This document shows positions 11,205-23,681 of a DNA stretch of 64,000 nucleotides, in pieces; position 1 is the first letter of the stretch; each line of letters begins with the position of its first letter. Under the pieces are notes generated by a model. It did no database searches. It was not told where the DNA came from and saw nothing but the letters and a program-made list of their open reading frames with translations. Source of the stretch: Eledone cirrhosa (lineage: Eukaryota); the NCBI GenBank assembly GCA_964016885.1, contig OZ024741.1, positions 142,972,001 to 143,036,000 on the forward strand. Reading direction: 5' to 3'. A program made the translations under genes and the position numbers.

Positions 11205-12440
11205 GGTATATATATGTATTTATATACCCAAAGACTGGCATAGCGGATTCATTATCAACTGCTACAAGAGCAAGTGTGATGCCCTAGACGAGAACCAGGT
11301 CCTGAAAGTTACAGAAAGAGTCATTGTACAACTGATTAGAGAGCGAATTAACCTCAATGAGATGCAGTTCGCATTTATCCCAGGAAGAAGTAACAGTGAT
11401 GCTCTCTTCCTTGTGAAGTACCTGTAGGAGAGTATCTAGCTAAAAACAAACCTCTCTACTTGGCATTTATTGACCTAGAGAAAGGATCCCCCATTCTGTA
11501 ATCTGGTGGGCACTTAGGAAACTAGGAGTAGAAGAGTGGTTAGTGGAGGTGGTACAAGTCATTTACAGAGGTGCTGTCAGCAAGGTTAAATTGTCCTTCA
11601 GGCTATAACAGAAGGGTTTAAAACAGGATGCTCTTGGGAACTCCTGTATGTGGATGACCTAACTCATGGCTGAATCCTGACTTGGAAGCATAACCTGGAA
11701 TCAAAAGGTCTTAAAGTCAACACGGCAAAAACCAAAGTTCTAGTATGTAATAAGGAAAACAAGGCTCTGATCCCTTCTGGGAAATGGCTGTGCTCAGTGT
11801 GTAGGAAAAGGGTGGGTAGAAATTCCATCCTCTGTCCCAAATGCAAACTATGGTGGTACAAGAAATGTGGGATCCAAAGTAAGTTAACTAAGAACTTAGG
11901 TTTTACATGTGACCATTGCACAGGAGGCACATGGCCTAGTGGTAAGGGTGTTGGACTTACGATCATAATGTCGTGGGTTTGATTCCTTGCCTGGATTGTG
12001 TGTTCATTTCACGTTGCTCCAGTATAATCAGCTGAAAATGAGTACCAACAATAACTGGGGGTTTAACGGTGGACTGGCGTCCTCTCAGTCGCTTCACACC
12101 ACTGAAACCAGGATAAGTACCAGCCTGATGAGCCTCCTTGCTTGAAACCAACTTAATTGCACAGGAGCAGTAAGGTTCACAAGAAACAAATACTAATGAA
12201 TTCTTGGAAGGTTCCAGAGAAGCAGTTGACAGCTTCTGTTACCTGGGTGACCAAATTAGCAGTGGAGGTGGGTATTCAGAAAATACAGTAGCCTGAGTGA
12301 GGATAGAATGGAGAAAGTTCAGATAGCTATTAAACGTTTTTTCCTAAAATGAAGGGCAGATTGTATGATGCGTATACATGAACAGCCATGTTACATGGTA
12401 GTGAGACCTGGGTCTGTATGCAGAGGACCTGTACACGGTA
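11205..12440 (+). mobile_element. Degenerate RTE RT fragment interrupted by a SINE
   Basis: Similar to 6870-8020 (cccaaagactgg, gagatgcagtt, PHD cysteines CSVC..CPKC..CDHC), with stops and deletions. Confidence 0.85.
11923..12155 (+). mobile_element. tRNA-headed SINE (family B, ACTT-type tail) with target-site duplication
   Basis: A-box TGGCCTAGTGG and B-box-like GGTTTGATTCC; flanked by ATTGCACAGGAG at 11915-11926 and 12156-12167. Relatives at ~48495-48760 (+), ~51120-51393 (-), ~59670-59912 (+). Confidence 0.85.
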
Positions 12441-12559
12441 GTTGGGTGGCTAGAGTAGCCATGTGTGAGAATCCCTCAACCGTCATCAAGCAATTACACA
12501 ACCTTTTCCCCTTCTAGGTATATAGATCTTCTACTCACAGAAGTAGCAACTGTCAAGGT

Positions 12560-15075
12560 ACAAATCTCAGGACTGCCATCCTCAATGTTGGCACCCTGAA
12601 AGGTAAATCCGGTGGAATTGTTAGAGAGGAGTAACTACTCACAGGCAAACAACATAGATACAAATTTTACTGGATAGGAAATGACGATGGGATTGGTGGT
12701 GCAGGCCTACTAGCTGAGAAATGGCTAGATAGGTGATTGAGATAGTTAAAGAAAGTGACGGAATTATCACGCTTAAAATAGCTGTAGGAAATAGAATGGT
12801 GACAATTACATCTACCTATACACCACAGACAGGACTGAGTAAAGAACAAAAGGACAGGTTCTATGAGGAACTTTTACATGCACCTTACTGATAAAAGAGA
12901 ACTCATCATCCTGGCAGGTGACTTCAGTGGACATGTGGGACAGTACCAGGTTCACAGCAACTATGGTTATGACTCAAGAAATGAGAGGTTGTGAGGTTCC
13001 TGAAATTCTGAAATGCAAATGCACTAACCATTTACAATACAAATTTCAGGAAACCAGCTAGCTATTTGATCTCATACCAGTCAGGTGAAATTGATTACTT
13101 GCTTGTAAGACAAGATAAACAGACTGATAAATATTAAAGCCTTCACTGGGGAAGAATGTGCCACCTTACACAAGTTAGTTATTAGTGACAGAGGATTTGG
13201 AAATTCTTGTGCAACAACCTTTTGCAAACTACTGATGAGACTTGTGGCTGGAGTAAATCACCAGCCAGACAGAAGGTAACCTGGTGGTGGAATAGCACAC
13301 TAGACAGAGTCATTAAAGCCAAGAGACAGACATGGAATGACTGGGAAAATGGGAGTTACAGACACTGGTACCATGTAGCTAAAAGAGAAGATAGATGACA
13401 GGTATATACAGCTCGGAGGGAGGCTAAAAAAAGTTTGCCAATGTCTCCAGACGTGAGGATCAGAGACATGAAGTGTTCTGCATTGCAAGTCAGTGTGAAT
13501 CAGGATGTTGGGGAAAAGTGTGTTAGAAATGACACTGATGCTCAAAATAGAGAGGCCTGGAAATATTACAATGAGAGACTGAAGAATGAATGGGAAAAGT
13601 GACTACCCTCAACTTACCCAACAGAAGGACTAGCTATTGAAGTTAACAGTTTTAGGGTCAAAGAAGCAATCAAAGGGAGTATGGTAAAACTGCGGGACTG
13701 TTAGAGATAGTTGTTGAGATGCCAAAAGCATCGGGAAAAGTAGAAGTCAAACTAGTAACCCACTTAGTCAACCAGGTAATACAGGACAGTCATACCCAAT
13801 AACTGGCACAGCAGTACAATCATAAATTGCTACAAGGGTAAAGGTGATGCTCTAGAAAGGAACAACTACAGAGGAATAAAACTAATTGACCAAGTTATGA
13901 AAGTGGCAGAAGTAGTTATAGCACAGCTAATTAGGAAAGAGTCAAATTAGACGAGATGCAGCTTGGTTTCATGTGTAGTAAAAGTACTATAGATGACTTC
14001 TTTCTAGAGAGGCAACCATAAGAGAAGTTCCTAGCTAAAAGTAAGCAGCTACATTTAGCTTTTGTTGATCTAGAAATGCCCTTTGACTGAGTGCCCCGAT
14101 CTATTATCGGGTGGTCCTTAAGGAAATTAAGTGTAGGAAAATGGCGTGTGCAAGCCAGTAAAGTGAGTTCAGTGAAGAATTCAAGGAACAAGTAGTTTCA
14201 TCAAGGTTTGATTCTTATCCCACTGCTGTTCATCATAGTTCTCCAGGCGATAATAAAGGGGTTTAAGACTGGCTGTCCTTAGGAACTTCTCTATGCAGAT
14301 GATCTGGTCTTTATAGCTGAATCAATAAAAGAACTAGAGAATAAGTTCCAACTATGGAAACAGAATTTGGAATCAAAAGGTTTGACAGCAAACTTTGCCA
14401 AAACTAAAGTGCGAGTAAGTAGGAAAGAAGATAGGACACTGATTCCTTCAAGGAAGTGACCCTGCTCTATATCTAGAAAAGGAATAGGCATAAACTACAT
14501 ACGATGTACACAATGTAAGCCTTCAGTACACAAGAGATGTCATAGGATAACAGGTAGACTAACAAACAGGAAGGGAAGATTTTGTATGTAGATGCACTGG
14601 GGTAATCAAGGGGAAGAGTGTCAGTGATATAAACCTTTTCCAATCCCATGAAGGATCCATAGAAGTGGTTGATTGCTTCTGCTATCTAGATGACTTAATT
14701 AGTAGTATATGAGGGTACTCTGGGAGCATGATAGCTAGAATAAAAATACAGTGGAAGAAGTTTAGAGAGATACTCCCACTGTTGATAACAAAGGGTTTCT
14801 CCCTGTGTACAAAAGGATGGCTATATGATGCCTGTGCGCGAAGTGTGATGCTACATGGTAGTGAAAGATGGGCTGTGACTGCAGAGGACATGTGTAGATT
14901 GGAGAGAAATGAAGCAACCATGCTTCATTGGATGTGCAGTGTCAGTGTGAGAGAAAGGCAGAGCTGAGGGAGAAGCTGGGTTTAAGACGAATCCGTGGTG
15001 GTGTGCAGGAGAGGAGACTGTGTTGGTAGAGACATGTGATGTGCATGGACAATGACCAATGGGTGAAGACATGTG
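12560..15075 (+). pseudogene. Decayed near-full-length RTE LINE related to RTE-A
   Basis: Colinear with 5330-8200 (LNVGTL, GDF, TDETCGW..VTWWWNS, NYRGIKL, YADDL, WKKFRE, LERNEA), with many stops, frameshifts and deletions. Confidence 0.9.
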
Positions 15076-15969
15076 TTACAGGTTCATACGTTCATATAGA
15101 GACACAACTATCTATTCAAGGACAACAGCAATATCCTTTAAATAAAAAAAATATAGCACCAGGTGGAATTGAACCACCAGCAATTGAAAAATCAGCTGCG
15201 TCACCAGAGATGCTGCACAATATATTTAAAGGATATTGGTCACCAGAATAAGAATAATCCTAATTTTTATCTTAGATTCTATTTACATTGACCCTTGAGT
15301 AACTCTTTCTCTGAACTAGATTATCAATCCAGTAGTTCACCACTAAACTAAACCCTCTTTCTCCTACTTCTATTGTTATATATATGTGTGTATGTGTGGC
15401 ATTCTATGGGAACTCATGTAAGCTGATAACCTAGACATTATAGCTGAATCTATAGGAAATTTAGAGGCAACATTTCATGAGTATGACTGTCTGCTGATCG
15501 AATCAACTGGAACACTCATCATTAGAACTGCCAGAGGTGAGTCTGTGTTTACATTCTGCAACTTAACAGTTTGACAAAAAGCTCTGTTGGTCATCAGGTG
15601 GGATCTGGGACTGAACATCAACTTACCTTTGTAGCGTAAGAATAGCTGAGTTGTCAATCAACAGCATATTAACTTCACCATAAAAATGTTACTCCCATTT
15701 TTATTTCTTCCTGGCTGGCTGGGTAAATAAGGATAACTGTAATGGAGTGTCTTCTTGAAGGTTACAAAAAACAGTAACTTATTGGGCCACAGCAACTTCA
15801 TATTGGTATTTTCTTATAGATGTGCCTGTGTGAGAGAGCAAGATAAAAGAGGATGAAAGTCTGAGTTACAATCTTTAGGAGAAATTTTCGGGAAAATGTG
15901 ACATAATCAGTTTCCCATATATCATCATCGTTTAACATCTATCTTCCACGCTAGCATGGGTTTGGTATA

Positions 15970-16031
<62 letters not shown>

Positions 16032-16097
16032 CCGGATACAATCGGGGGTAACTACAGTAAGTTAGATACTCAATACATTAGTAGAGTATACAATTTG

Positions 16098-16133
<36 letters not shown>

Positions 16134-16301
16134 ATGTGTAGTGACAAAAAAATAATTAGGTAAAAATCAAAAGAAATAATTGAAGTTAGAGAATCTAGGA
16201 ATCCCAAATGCTGGAAAAACATTAACAGTCAATTACTATAAAAATAGCTTAGAAAATTGAGTAAAATACTCCTATAGGTGATAAAAAGTGCCACTTCCAG
16301 C

Positions 16302-16422
16302 CATCTATAGGGGTATTTTACCTGATTTTCTAAGCTATCAACATTATCACTGTTTAACATACATTTTAAAAAGGTGATGATGATGATAGCTTAGAAAATC
16401 AGGTAAAATACCCCTATAGATG
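16302..16422. repeat. Perfect 39-bp inverted repeat
   Basis: 16302-16340 catctataggggtattttacctgattttctaagctatca is the exact reverse complement of 16384-16422. A third, diverged arm copy at ~16243-16280 and a relative at ~55842-55870. Confidence 0.9.
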
Positions 16423-18209
16423 AATAGAAGTAGCAATTGACTTTGGTTACAGTTATTTTCTGTATTTGGAATTCCTACATTTGCTAAGAATTACAAATCT
16501 ACCCAATACTTCGATAGATCATTTTTGTAATTAAAGTTAGTTTTACATCTCACACATTCATAAATTCTGTTTAAAGACTGCTACATATTTATACGTGTAC
16601 ATATACAATGTCAATATTTCATAAGAAATCATCACAAAGTTTAACATGGGTACTGAGATATATCCCATGCAAATGCTTATGTGTGTACGAGTATATATAT
16701 ATATATACTATATGACTAGGTTCATGTGGCTGTGTATCCAACCTTTACAAGGGAAATAGATGTTTAACGTTTATTTTCGATACTTGCATTGGTTAGAGGG
16801 CTGTAACATGCTGAGGCCAGATAACTGTTCATATACTTAATTTTGGCTTGATTTCTACAGCTGCATGCTCTTCCTAACAGCAACCACTTCACAGCATGTA
16901 GTGTGTGTGTGTGTGTATATATCTATATGTATATCTATAAATACATACATATATATGAAGTGTTCACAGGTCAGAGACTGGGAAGACTGTAGACTAGGAT
17001 AATTCTTGAAGCGTATTAAGTTGCAGTAGAAACTGGTGACACAAATGATTTGCCAGATGAAGCCCACTTCAAAAAATCTGATAAATCTGAAGTTTTGAAT
17101 GATAATTTTATTGCAGGAATAACAGCAAGTTTTAATACCTTATATATATCATCATCATTTTTATGTTCACTTTTCCATGTTGCCATGGGTTGGATGGGCT
17201 GTTCTGCGACAATGTTTTACCACTGGATGTCTGTCCTGATGCCAACCCTTTTAATTGCCTCTTACAACAGAATTGGGCCTTGAAACTTTAGGTAGCACTT
17301 TTTTTCCATGTATGAACATAACATAAATAAACATTATATATATTCACATCTCTTAGAATGCATGCACGACTGACCTTCAGGGCAAAAGGAGATGAATAAA
17401 AATCTGTGACACAGCATTACATGAGCTTGAATGTCTTGTCTGACTGTTCTGTATTGACTTTGTCAGCCAGCAGTCAACCTGGACAGCTCCTTTCATGAAT
17501 CTTTGATCACAAGACCAAGTCACAATTGTAGTTGATGTTGGACCTCCGTTGTTTTCCAGTTGATTCAATCAACTGAACTGCATGCTCAGGAAATTAACAT
17601 GTAAGTGGTTGAGTATTCCACAGACATGTGCATCTTAGGGAGATTCAGCATGACACAGTGTGTGACAAGGCCATACCCTTGAATTACAAGTACCATTCAT
17701 TTTTTTTGCTAGATGAATGAATTACAGCAACATGAAATAAAGTGCCTTGCTGAGGTCCAGGAATCAAACTCCCAACCTTATGATAGTGAGTTGAACACCC
17801 TAACCACTAAGCCACATACGTTCACACACATTATCATCATCCGTTTTTCCATGGGTTGTATAGATTGGATGGGTCTTTTCCAGCACAGCCTATCTGCACA
17901 CATTGCATTTCTTTGTCAGCACATAAGCCCAGATTTTCCTTGACCTTGCTCTACTGCAGCTTCCTTCCTCTGGGTTCTCCCACAATTTCTTCACCTAACA
18001 ATCTTCCTCCATATTTTATCTCAATGGATTAAACATTCTTGGCTCTCTACTTTCAGTATGTGTGCAAAAATCATCATTATCACACACACATATATGTATA
18101 TATATATATATATATTAGGCCATGCTGAGGCACCGCTGTGTATGAACATGTGTGTATCACATTACTATTAAAACATTGCAGAGCTAATTATTATTATTAT
18201 TATTATTAT

Positions 18210-18810
18210 TGGATTGGCGGATTCATTAGAACACCAAACCAAGTACTTTGAGGTATTTAGTTTCACCATTTTATGTTCTGAGTTCAAATTCTGCTAATGT
18301 TAACTTTGCCTTTCATCATTATGGGATCGATAAAATAAAGTACCAGTCATGCATTGGGGTTGATTTAATCGACTTTACCCTCCTCCCAAAATTGCTGGCC
18401 TCATGCCTAAATCAGAAACCATTATTATTATTAAGGTGAATGCTTTGTGGTATTTAGTTACAGTTCTTTACATTTTCAGTTCAAATCCCACTGAGGTCAA
18501 CTTTGCCTTTCATCTTTCTGCAGTCAATAAAATAAAGTACTAGTTAACTAATGGTATAATTGACTTTTTCTCCCCCACAAATTACTGGCTTTATGCCTAA
18601 ATTAGAAATCATTATTTATAAGAGTAATAAGTGGTATAACCAATAGAGTGTTAGATAAAATATATATGTAGGTGTATTGCTTTCTTTAGGTTCTGAGTTC
18701 AAATCCTGTTAAAGTTGACTTTACCTTTCATCCTGAACTGGTGTTGATATAATCAACTATTGATCTATACCCCTGCCTCAAGCCCCAAGATTTCTGGCTA
18801 AGTCTTATAT
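18210..18810 (+). mobile_element. Head-to-tail array (~3 copies) of a tRNA-derived SINE (family C, (TTA)n tail)
   Basis: Repeating ttggc.g.at..ttaga / gagttcaaatcc / ctttgcctttcatc..ggg.tcgataaaataaagtacc / attgctggcct..tgcctaaat.agaaa.cattattatta. Confidence 0.85.
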
Positions 18811-20084
18811 CAACATTACCACCACTACCAACTATCATCATTATCACATCCGTTTCTGCCTATTGGCATGGGTTGGACCAAGTCAGTACTTAATTGGAGC
18901 TACTGTCCTGCAAAATGGGCCATTTCGCTTACATACGTTCTACTTTACAGAGTGTACTGGGTGTATTTTATCATGGCACCAACATTAACACTTAGGAGAA
19001 GGTATTGAGTGCATTCTACCAGGTACCAACACTAGGTCAATCTTTCTATCTTCTGTTGGGTGAAGAGAGGCAGTAATGAGGGAGGTGGCTAATAATACAA
19101 CTATCTGCTCACTGGTAATGATACTATAAACTATCGACTTTTGGCTAAATCATCACAGGATGCTAAGAGTTAAGCTGGTGTTTGGAACATAAATTAACAA
19201 ATGCCCTTACATAAAGTTATGAGGTTAAATAACTATGCTTAAAAAAAAAAACAATTTTGTTTAGAGGAACCAGGGTATATTTTAGGTGGTTTGGTATCAA
19301 AAGGATTAAACTGACTGTGCACCTCCCTCCCCTCAAATGTGTGACCTTGTGCTAAAGTTTTTCTTTTCTAAACATTGTGCTGTTCTGTACATCAGTCTCT
19401 TCAAATCCCCTGTTTCAATGTTGTCTGTTAACTGAGAAGAGGTTGGTAGCTCTTACTCAAACCTTTTTGATTTCTTGGAAAAAGTCATAGTTAGTCACCA
19501 AGAAACCTCTTACAATGAAGCTTAGCAGATGAGAAGGTGAAAAACAGAATTTGTTGTTGCAGGAATGGTAGAGTGACAGAATAAAACATATAGTTATGTC
19601 TGAGTTTTAAGTTAGGAGGTCAACGTTGCTTTCACCCTTCCAGGGTTGATAAAGTAAAGTACCAGTTAAGTCATGGGGTCAAATTAATAACCTCCATCAC
19701 TTTGCTATTGCCAAACTTGTACCTAAATAGTTATTGTTTTTACTATCAATAGTTGTTTCTACTTTTGGCAAAAGTCCAACAATTTGAAGGGAAGGAAAAG
19801 TTGATTATATCAACCCCAATACTTGATTGGTGTTTCATTTCATCGCCCTTGGAAGGATGAAAGGCAAAGTTGATCACAGTGGGATTTGAACTCAGAACAA
19901 AAAGAACTGGAACATTTGTTCCATGCTCTAACGATTCTGCCAATCCACCACCCTTGCCATAACTACTACTACTACTACTAATAATAATGATTTCTTTATT
20001 GGCCACAAGGGCTGACATCAAGAAAAACATTACAGGCGGCACAGGACAGTACGATGTGGGTTTTGTGCGTGTAATAATAGTTGA

Positions 20085-20910
20085 TAGTAGAATTGGTAGA
20101 ATGCTAGACCGACATTCATTAGTTGTCTTCTTACTTTCTGTGTTCAAATCTTATATGACCCAACTTTACTTTTCATAATCTGGGATCAATAAAACAAGAA
20201 GCCATCAAATATGTGGGTCTATTTTCTCAACTGTTCCCTCAAAACTTCAATATTTGGGAGTGTCTTGTGACAATGTTAGAAATTACATAACAGAATCATT
20301 AGAACATCAGAGAAAGTGAGTTGCAGTTTTTATTCTGGCTCGCTGTGTTCGGAGTTCAACTCCTGTCGAGGCCACCTTCCCATTTTATCCCTTTTCTGGT
20401 CAATAAAATTAAGAACCATTCACATATTGGGGTTGATGTTAACTTTCCCTTCCCCAAAATTGTTGGCCTTGTGTCTAAATCAGAAACCATTATTACTGAG
20501 GGCAGTAGATTGGCAGAATTGTTTGAGCATTGGGCAAAATGCTTTGTGACATTTAATTATGGCCCTTTCTCCTTTATGGTCAGAGTTTAAATTCCACCAT
20601 GGACAACTTTGCCTTTCATTTTACGGGGTTGATAAAATAAATTATCAGGCAAGTAATGGTGTTGATTTAATCGAGTTTCACCTCCAACTAAATTACTGGC
20701 CTTGTGCCTAATGAAGAAATCATTATTTGGCAGTATCAGTCAAGCGTTAGACAACATACTTAGTAGCATATAGTTACATCCCTTTACATTCTGAGTTCAA
20801 ATCCTGTCGAGGTTAGCTTTGCCTTTCATCCTCACGGGGTCAATTTAATTGACCTTTCCCTACTCCAAAATTGCTGGCCTTGTGCCTAAATCAGAAACCA
20901 TTATTATTCC
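20085..20910 (+). mobile_element. Head-to-tail array (~4 copies) of SINE family C
   Basis: Same unit as 18210-18810. Two-copy arrays also at ~47150-47450 (+) and ~61785-62130 (-). Confidence 0.8.
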
Positions 20911-21684
20911 AGTTGCTAGTGATTATATTTAATCTCCCAATCAAGTCAAATGACCTCAGATTGAAAGCACATTACACAGAATGTTTGCAGTTCCCAATAA
21001 AGCAGATTTTGGCAGGTTAGTTATATTTGGTGAAATGCCAATCTTTTGGTGACCTAATGTTCCTATTATCATTATTTGATGAACTGGCGGAGTCAATAAT
21101 TAAGATATTTAACACTCACTGATAGATTCATTTCATTTCCCTATATGTTATTTTTTAGCCTTAGGTCAAATATGTTTGTGTCGGTCTATAATCAAGACAA
21201 CTTCACTGCCATCCTGTGATCTCTAGTTACAACTTCACCGCCATGCTGTGATCTCTGTTATAATGCTTTACTAACAAGGCTCTGTGTATGAAAAAATATG
21301 TTGATGAATGATAATGATGTACATTCACACATATATGTGTATAACTGTTCATCACATATTTGCTGGCCTTCAGACAATGTGGCATGAAAAGAAGATTGTT
21401 ATTCATTCAAGTGAATCCTCATTGCAATATACCAAAACATGTCAATATCTAGATATTTTAGAAAACCACAAAATCCTTCTTGATCCTCTCTATTTTATTG
21501 TGTAGCTGGTACAGAATTCAGAGACAGTAAGGGATTGTGTGACTTGTTCAAGGACCCACTATTTCTATCTCTATTCTTACCTTCTGTGCTGTTGTTGTTG
21601 GTAGTTGAGCTTGACCAGAATGTTGTGCTGTCAGTCCATCTGTATGATGCCTCAGTCTCAAAGACTCACTGTGTCTTCTCACTT

Positions 21685-21701
21685 TCATACTTGCTCTGCT
21701 A
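21685..21701 (-). CDS. Tentative alternative last coding exon of the unidentified minus-strand gene
   Basis: Pyrimidine-rich acceptor with tandem TAG/TAG/CAG choices. Phase-1 reading (G)TA GCA GAG CAA GTA TGA = VAEQV*. Minus-strand AATAAA at 21499-21494. Confidence 0.3.
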
Positions 21702-22189
21702 CTATCAGAAATGCAAGGGAGGAGATATTGTGTAGCCTGCTCAATAATGTTCTTTCTTTCTCTCCTTTTTTACTATTACTATTTTTTCTGGTATAGGTGC
21801 AAGCATGGCTTTGCAACCATGTGGTTCTGGATTCAGTCCCACTGTGTGGCATGTGTTTTTTACTCTATACTCAAGCTGACCAATGACTTATAAATAAAAT
21901 TTGGTACTCAGAAACTATGTTGAGGCGCTGTGTATATATGTGTGAGTGTGCATGTGTGTCAGTATATGTTTATGTTGACACCGCTTTAAAGAAACAGTGC
22001 CATTTGTTTACGTTCAGCAGATTAGTAGTTCATCAGGTGAAGATCTGTGGAACAAATACCATACTTAAAAACGACCGTAGATTAGTATCAGGAATAGCAT
22101 TTGGCTGTAGAGTACTGCCATAAAACGTCTCACCTGGCCTATGCAAACAAGGAAAAGCAGATGTAAAAACGATGATAAATATGCCTTGT

Positions 22190-22295
22190 AGGGACCAATG
22201 TACTCTAGAGCAGAGGCCAGGTACTAGGTACCAAGTACTCTAGAGCAAGGACCAGGTACTCTAGAGTAGGGACCAATGTACTCTAGAACAGGGAC
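22190..22295 (+). repeat. Minisatellite, ~21-22-bp unit (gggaccaatgtactctagagca)
   Basis: gtactctaga occurs four times, with one truncated unit. Confidence 0.8.
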
Positions 22296-22799
22296 TTGTC
22301 CAGTATCGTTCCCCAGTGACTCACTGATACTGGCAAGTAAAACATATCTTTCTGTGGCCATTATAGACAGTGGTCAGGGTAAAATGTCTTCTTCTGTGTC
22401 GTTTTTATAGGGCAGCTATTTCTGTGCTGATCAATAATGTACGTATCATTTCTAATGGTCATCTCTGGAATGGAAATCTATCAGTTTCAACCATCAGTGT
22501 TCCAATTGCTTGATCAATGGAATGGCTTGTTTAGGAAATTAATGTGTAAGTGGCTGAGCATTCCACAGACATATATACCCATGATGTAATTCTGAAGGAG
22601 ATTCATTGTGACACAGTGTGTGATATGGCTGGCTCTTTGAATTAAAGACTTCCAAACAGTTTCTGTCTAGCCTGTTTCACTCACAAAGCATTGTTTGACC
22701 TGAGGCTATAATAAATGACACTTACCCAAGATGCCACAATGTGGGATTGACCCACTGATTGTGAAGAGAACATCTTAATTATTCAGCCATGCAATATCC

Positions 22800-23125
22800 G
22801 CAATCATCACCATCATCGTTTTTATATCCATTTTTCCTCACTTGTATGGGTTGGATGGGTTTTTTTCAGCACAGCATCTCTCCACTTGCTCCTTTTGTTG
22901 TCATCTCCTCTGTGAGTCTCAGCTCTCACCACCTCTGCCCATGGCTTTCTCAGTCTACCTCTACTGTGGCTTCCATCCATTGGTATTTCCTGGCACCTCT
23001 TCACCTGTCAGTCATCATCCACGTGCACCACACGTCTGTACCAACAGTCTTCTCTCTTACACACAAACTTGAATTCTTCTTAGAACCAGCTTCTCCCTCA
23101 GTTCATACAAGCTCTGCTTCTCTAT
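22800..23125 (-). mobile_element. 5'-truncated decayed RTE-A-like 3' fragment
   Basis: Minus strand encodes KRCQEIPMDGSHSRGRLRKPWAEVVR...WRDAVLKKTHPTHTSEEKWI, followed by a (GAT)n tail. Confidence 0.8.
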
Positions 23126-23664
23126 CAATTCCTCTTCTGTTAAATTGATTTACGACAGAACAATTCTGCCAATTCATTGCCTTAGTTCAATTCTCTATTG
23201 ATCAACCATGAAAGGGAAAAAGGCAAAGTTAATCTTGGTAGGTATTAAACTAAGAGCACAGAATGCCGGAACAAATACTGTAAAGCATTCCTTCCAACAT
23301 TCTAACAATTCTGCCAGATCACCAAATATGTTTGTATATTTATATCTCCATCTGTAACTGTTTAAAATGTATACACACACACGATGTATTTCCTATCTGT
23401 CATGTTACTACATTAAGAAATTCATTTTCTTATGACAAAGTCCTGAGTTCTAACCCTACATTTGTCCCTGTAAATAGTTATTTCTCTATAGTTACATTAT
23501 ATCCTAGAAATAAATTAAAACATTATTTTTATCTTCAATCACTTTTACGTGTCAGTATCAACATTAGATTACAGGGTTTCTCTTCAGCGAACCATTAATT
23601 TATCAAAACGCAAATGTTTGTATGATTGCTCATATATCCAGTAATCCTGGTATATATAACTTAC

Positions 23665-23681
23665 CAATTGTCATGTGGTCT
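23665..23681 (-). CDS. Tentative 17-nt micro-exon of the minus-strand gene
   Basis: atttcatttttag|AGACCACATGACAATTG|gtaagt has strong sites on both sides. Phase 2/1 fits after 50681-50718 and before 21701, reading (L)DHMTI. Confidence 0.4.

Noticed and set aside
12124-12155. CTGATGAG..GAAAC in the SINE B tail
   Set aside because: Stem II register is wrong, there is no stem I/III, and other copies lack GAAA; an ordinary tail hairpin.
15627-21688. Small spliced ORF MKVRRH...AQK|PARKK* (21688-21581 joined to 15718-15627, minus strand)
   Set aside because: Splice-like sites exist, but there is no recognisable homology and chance sites are common.
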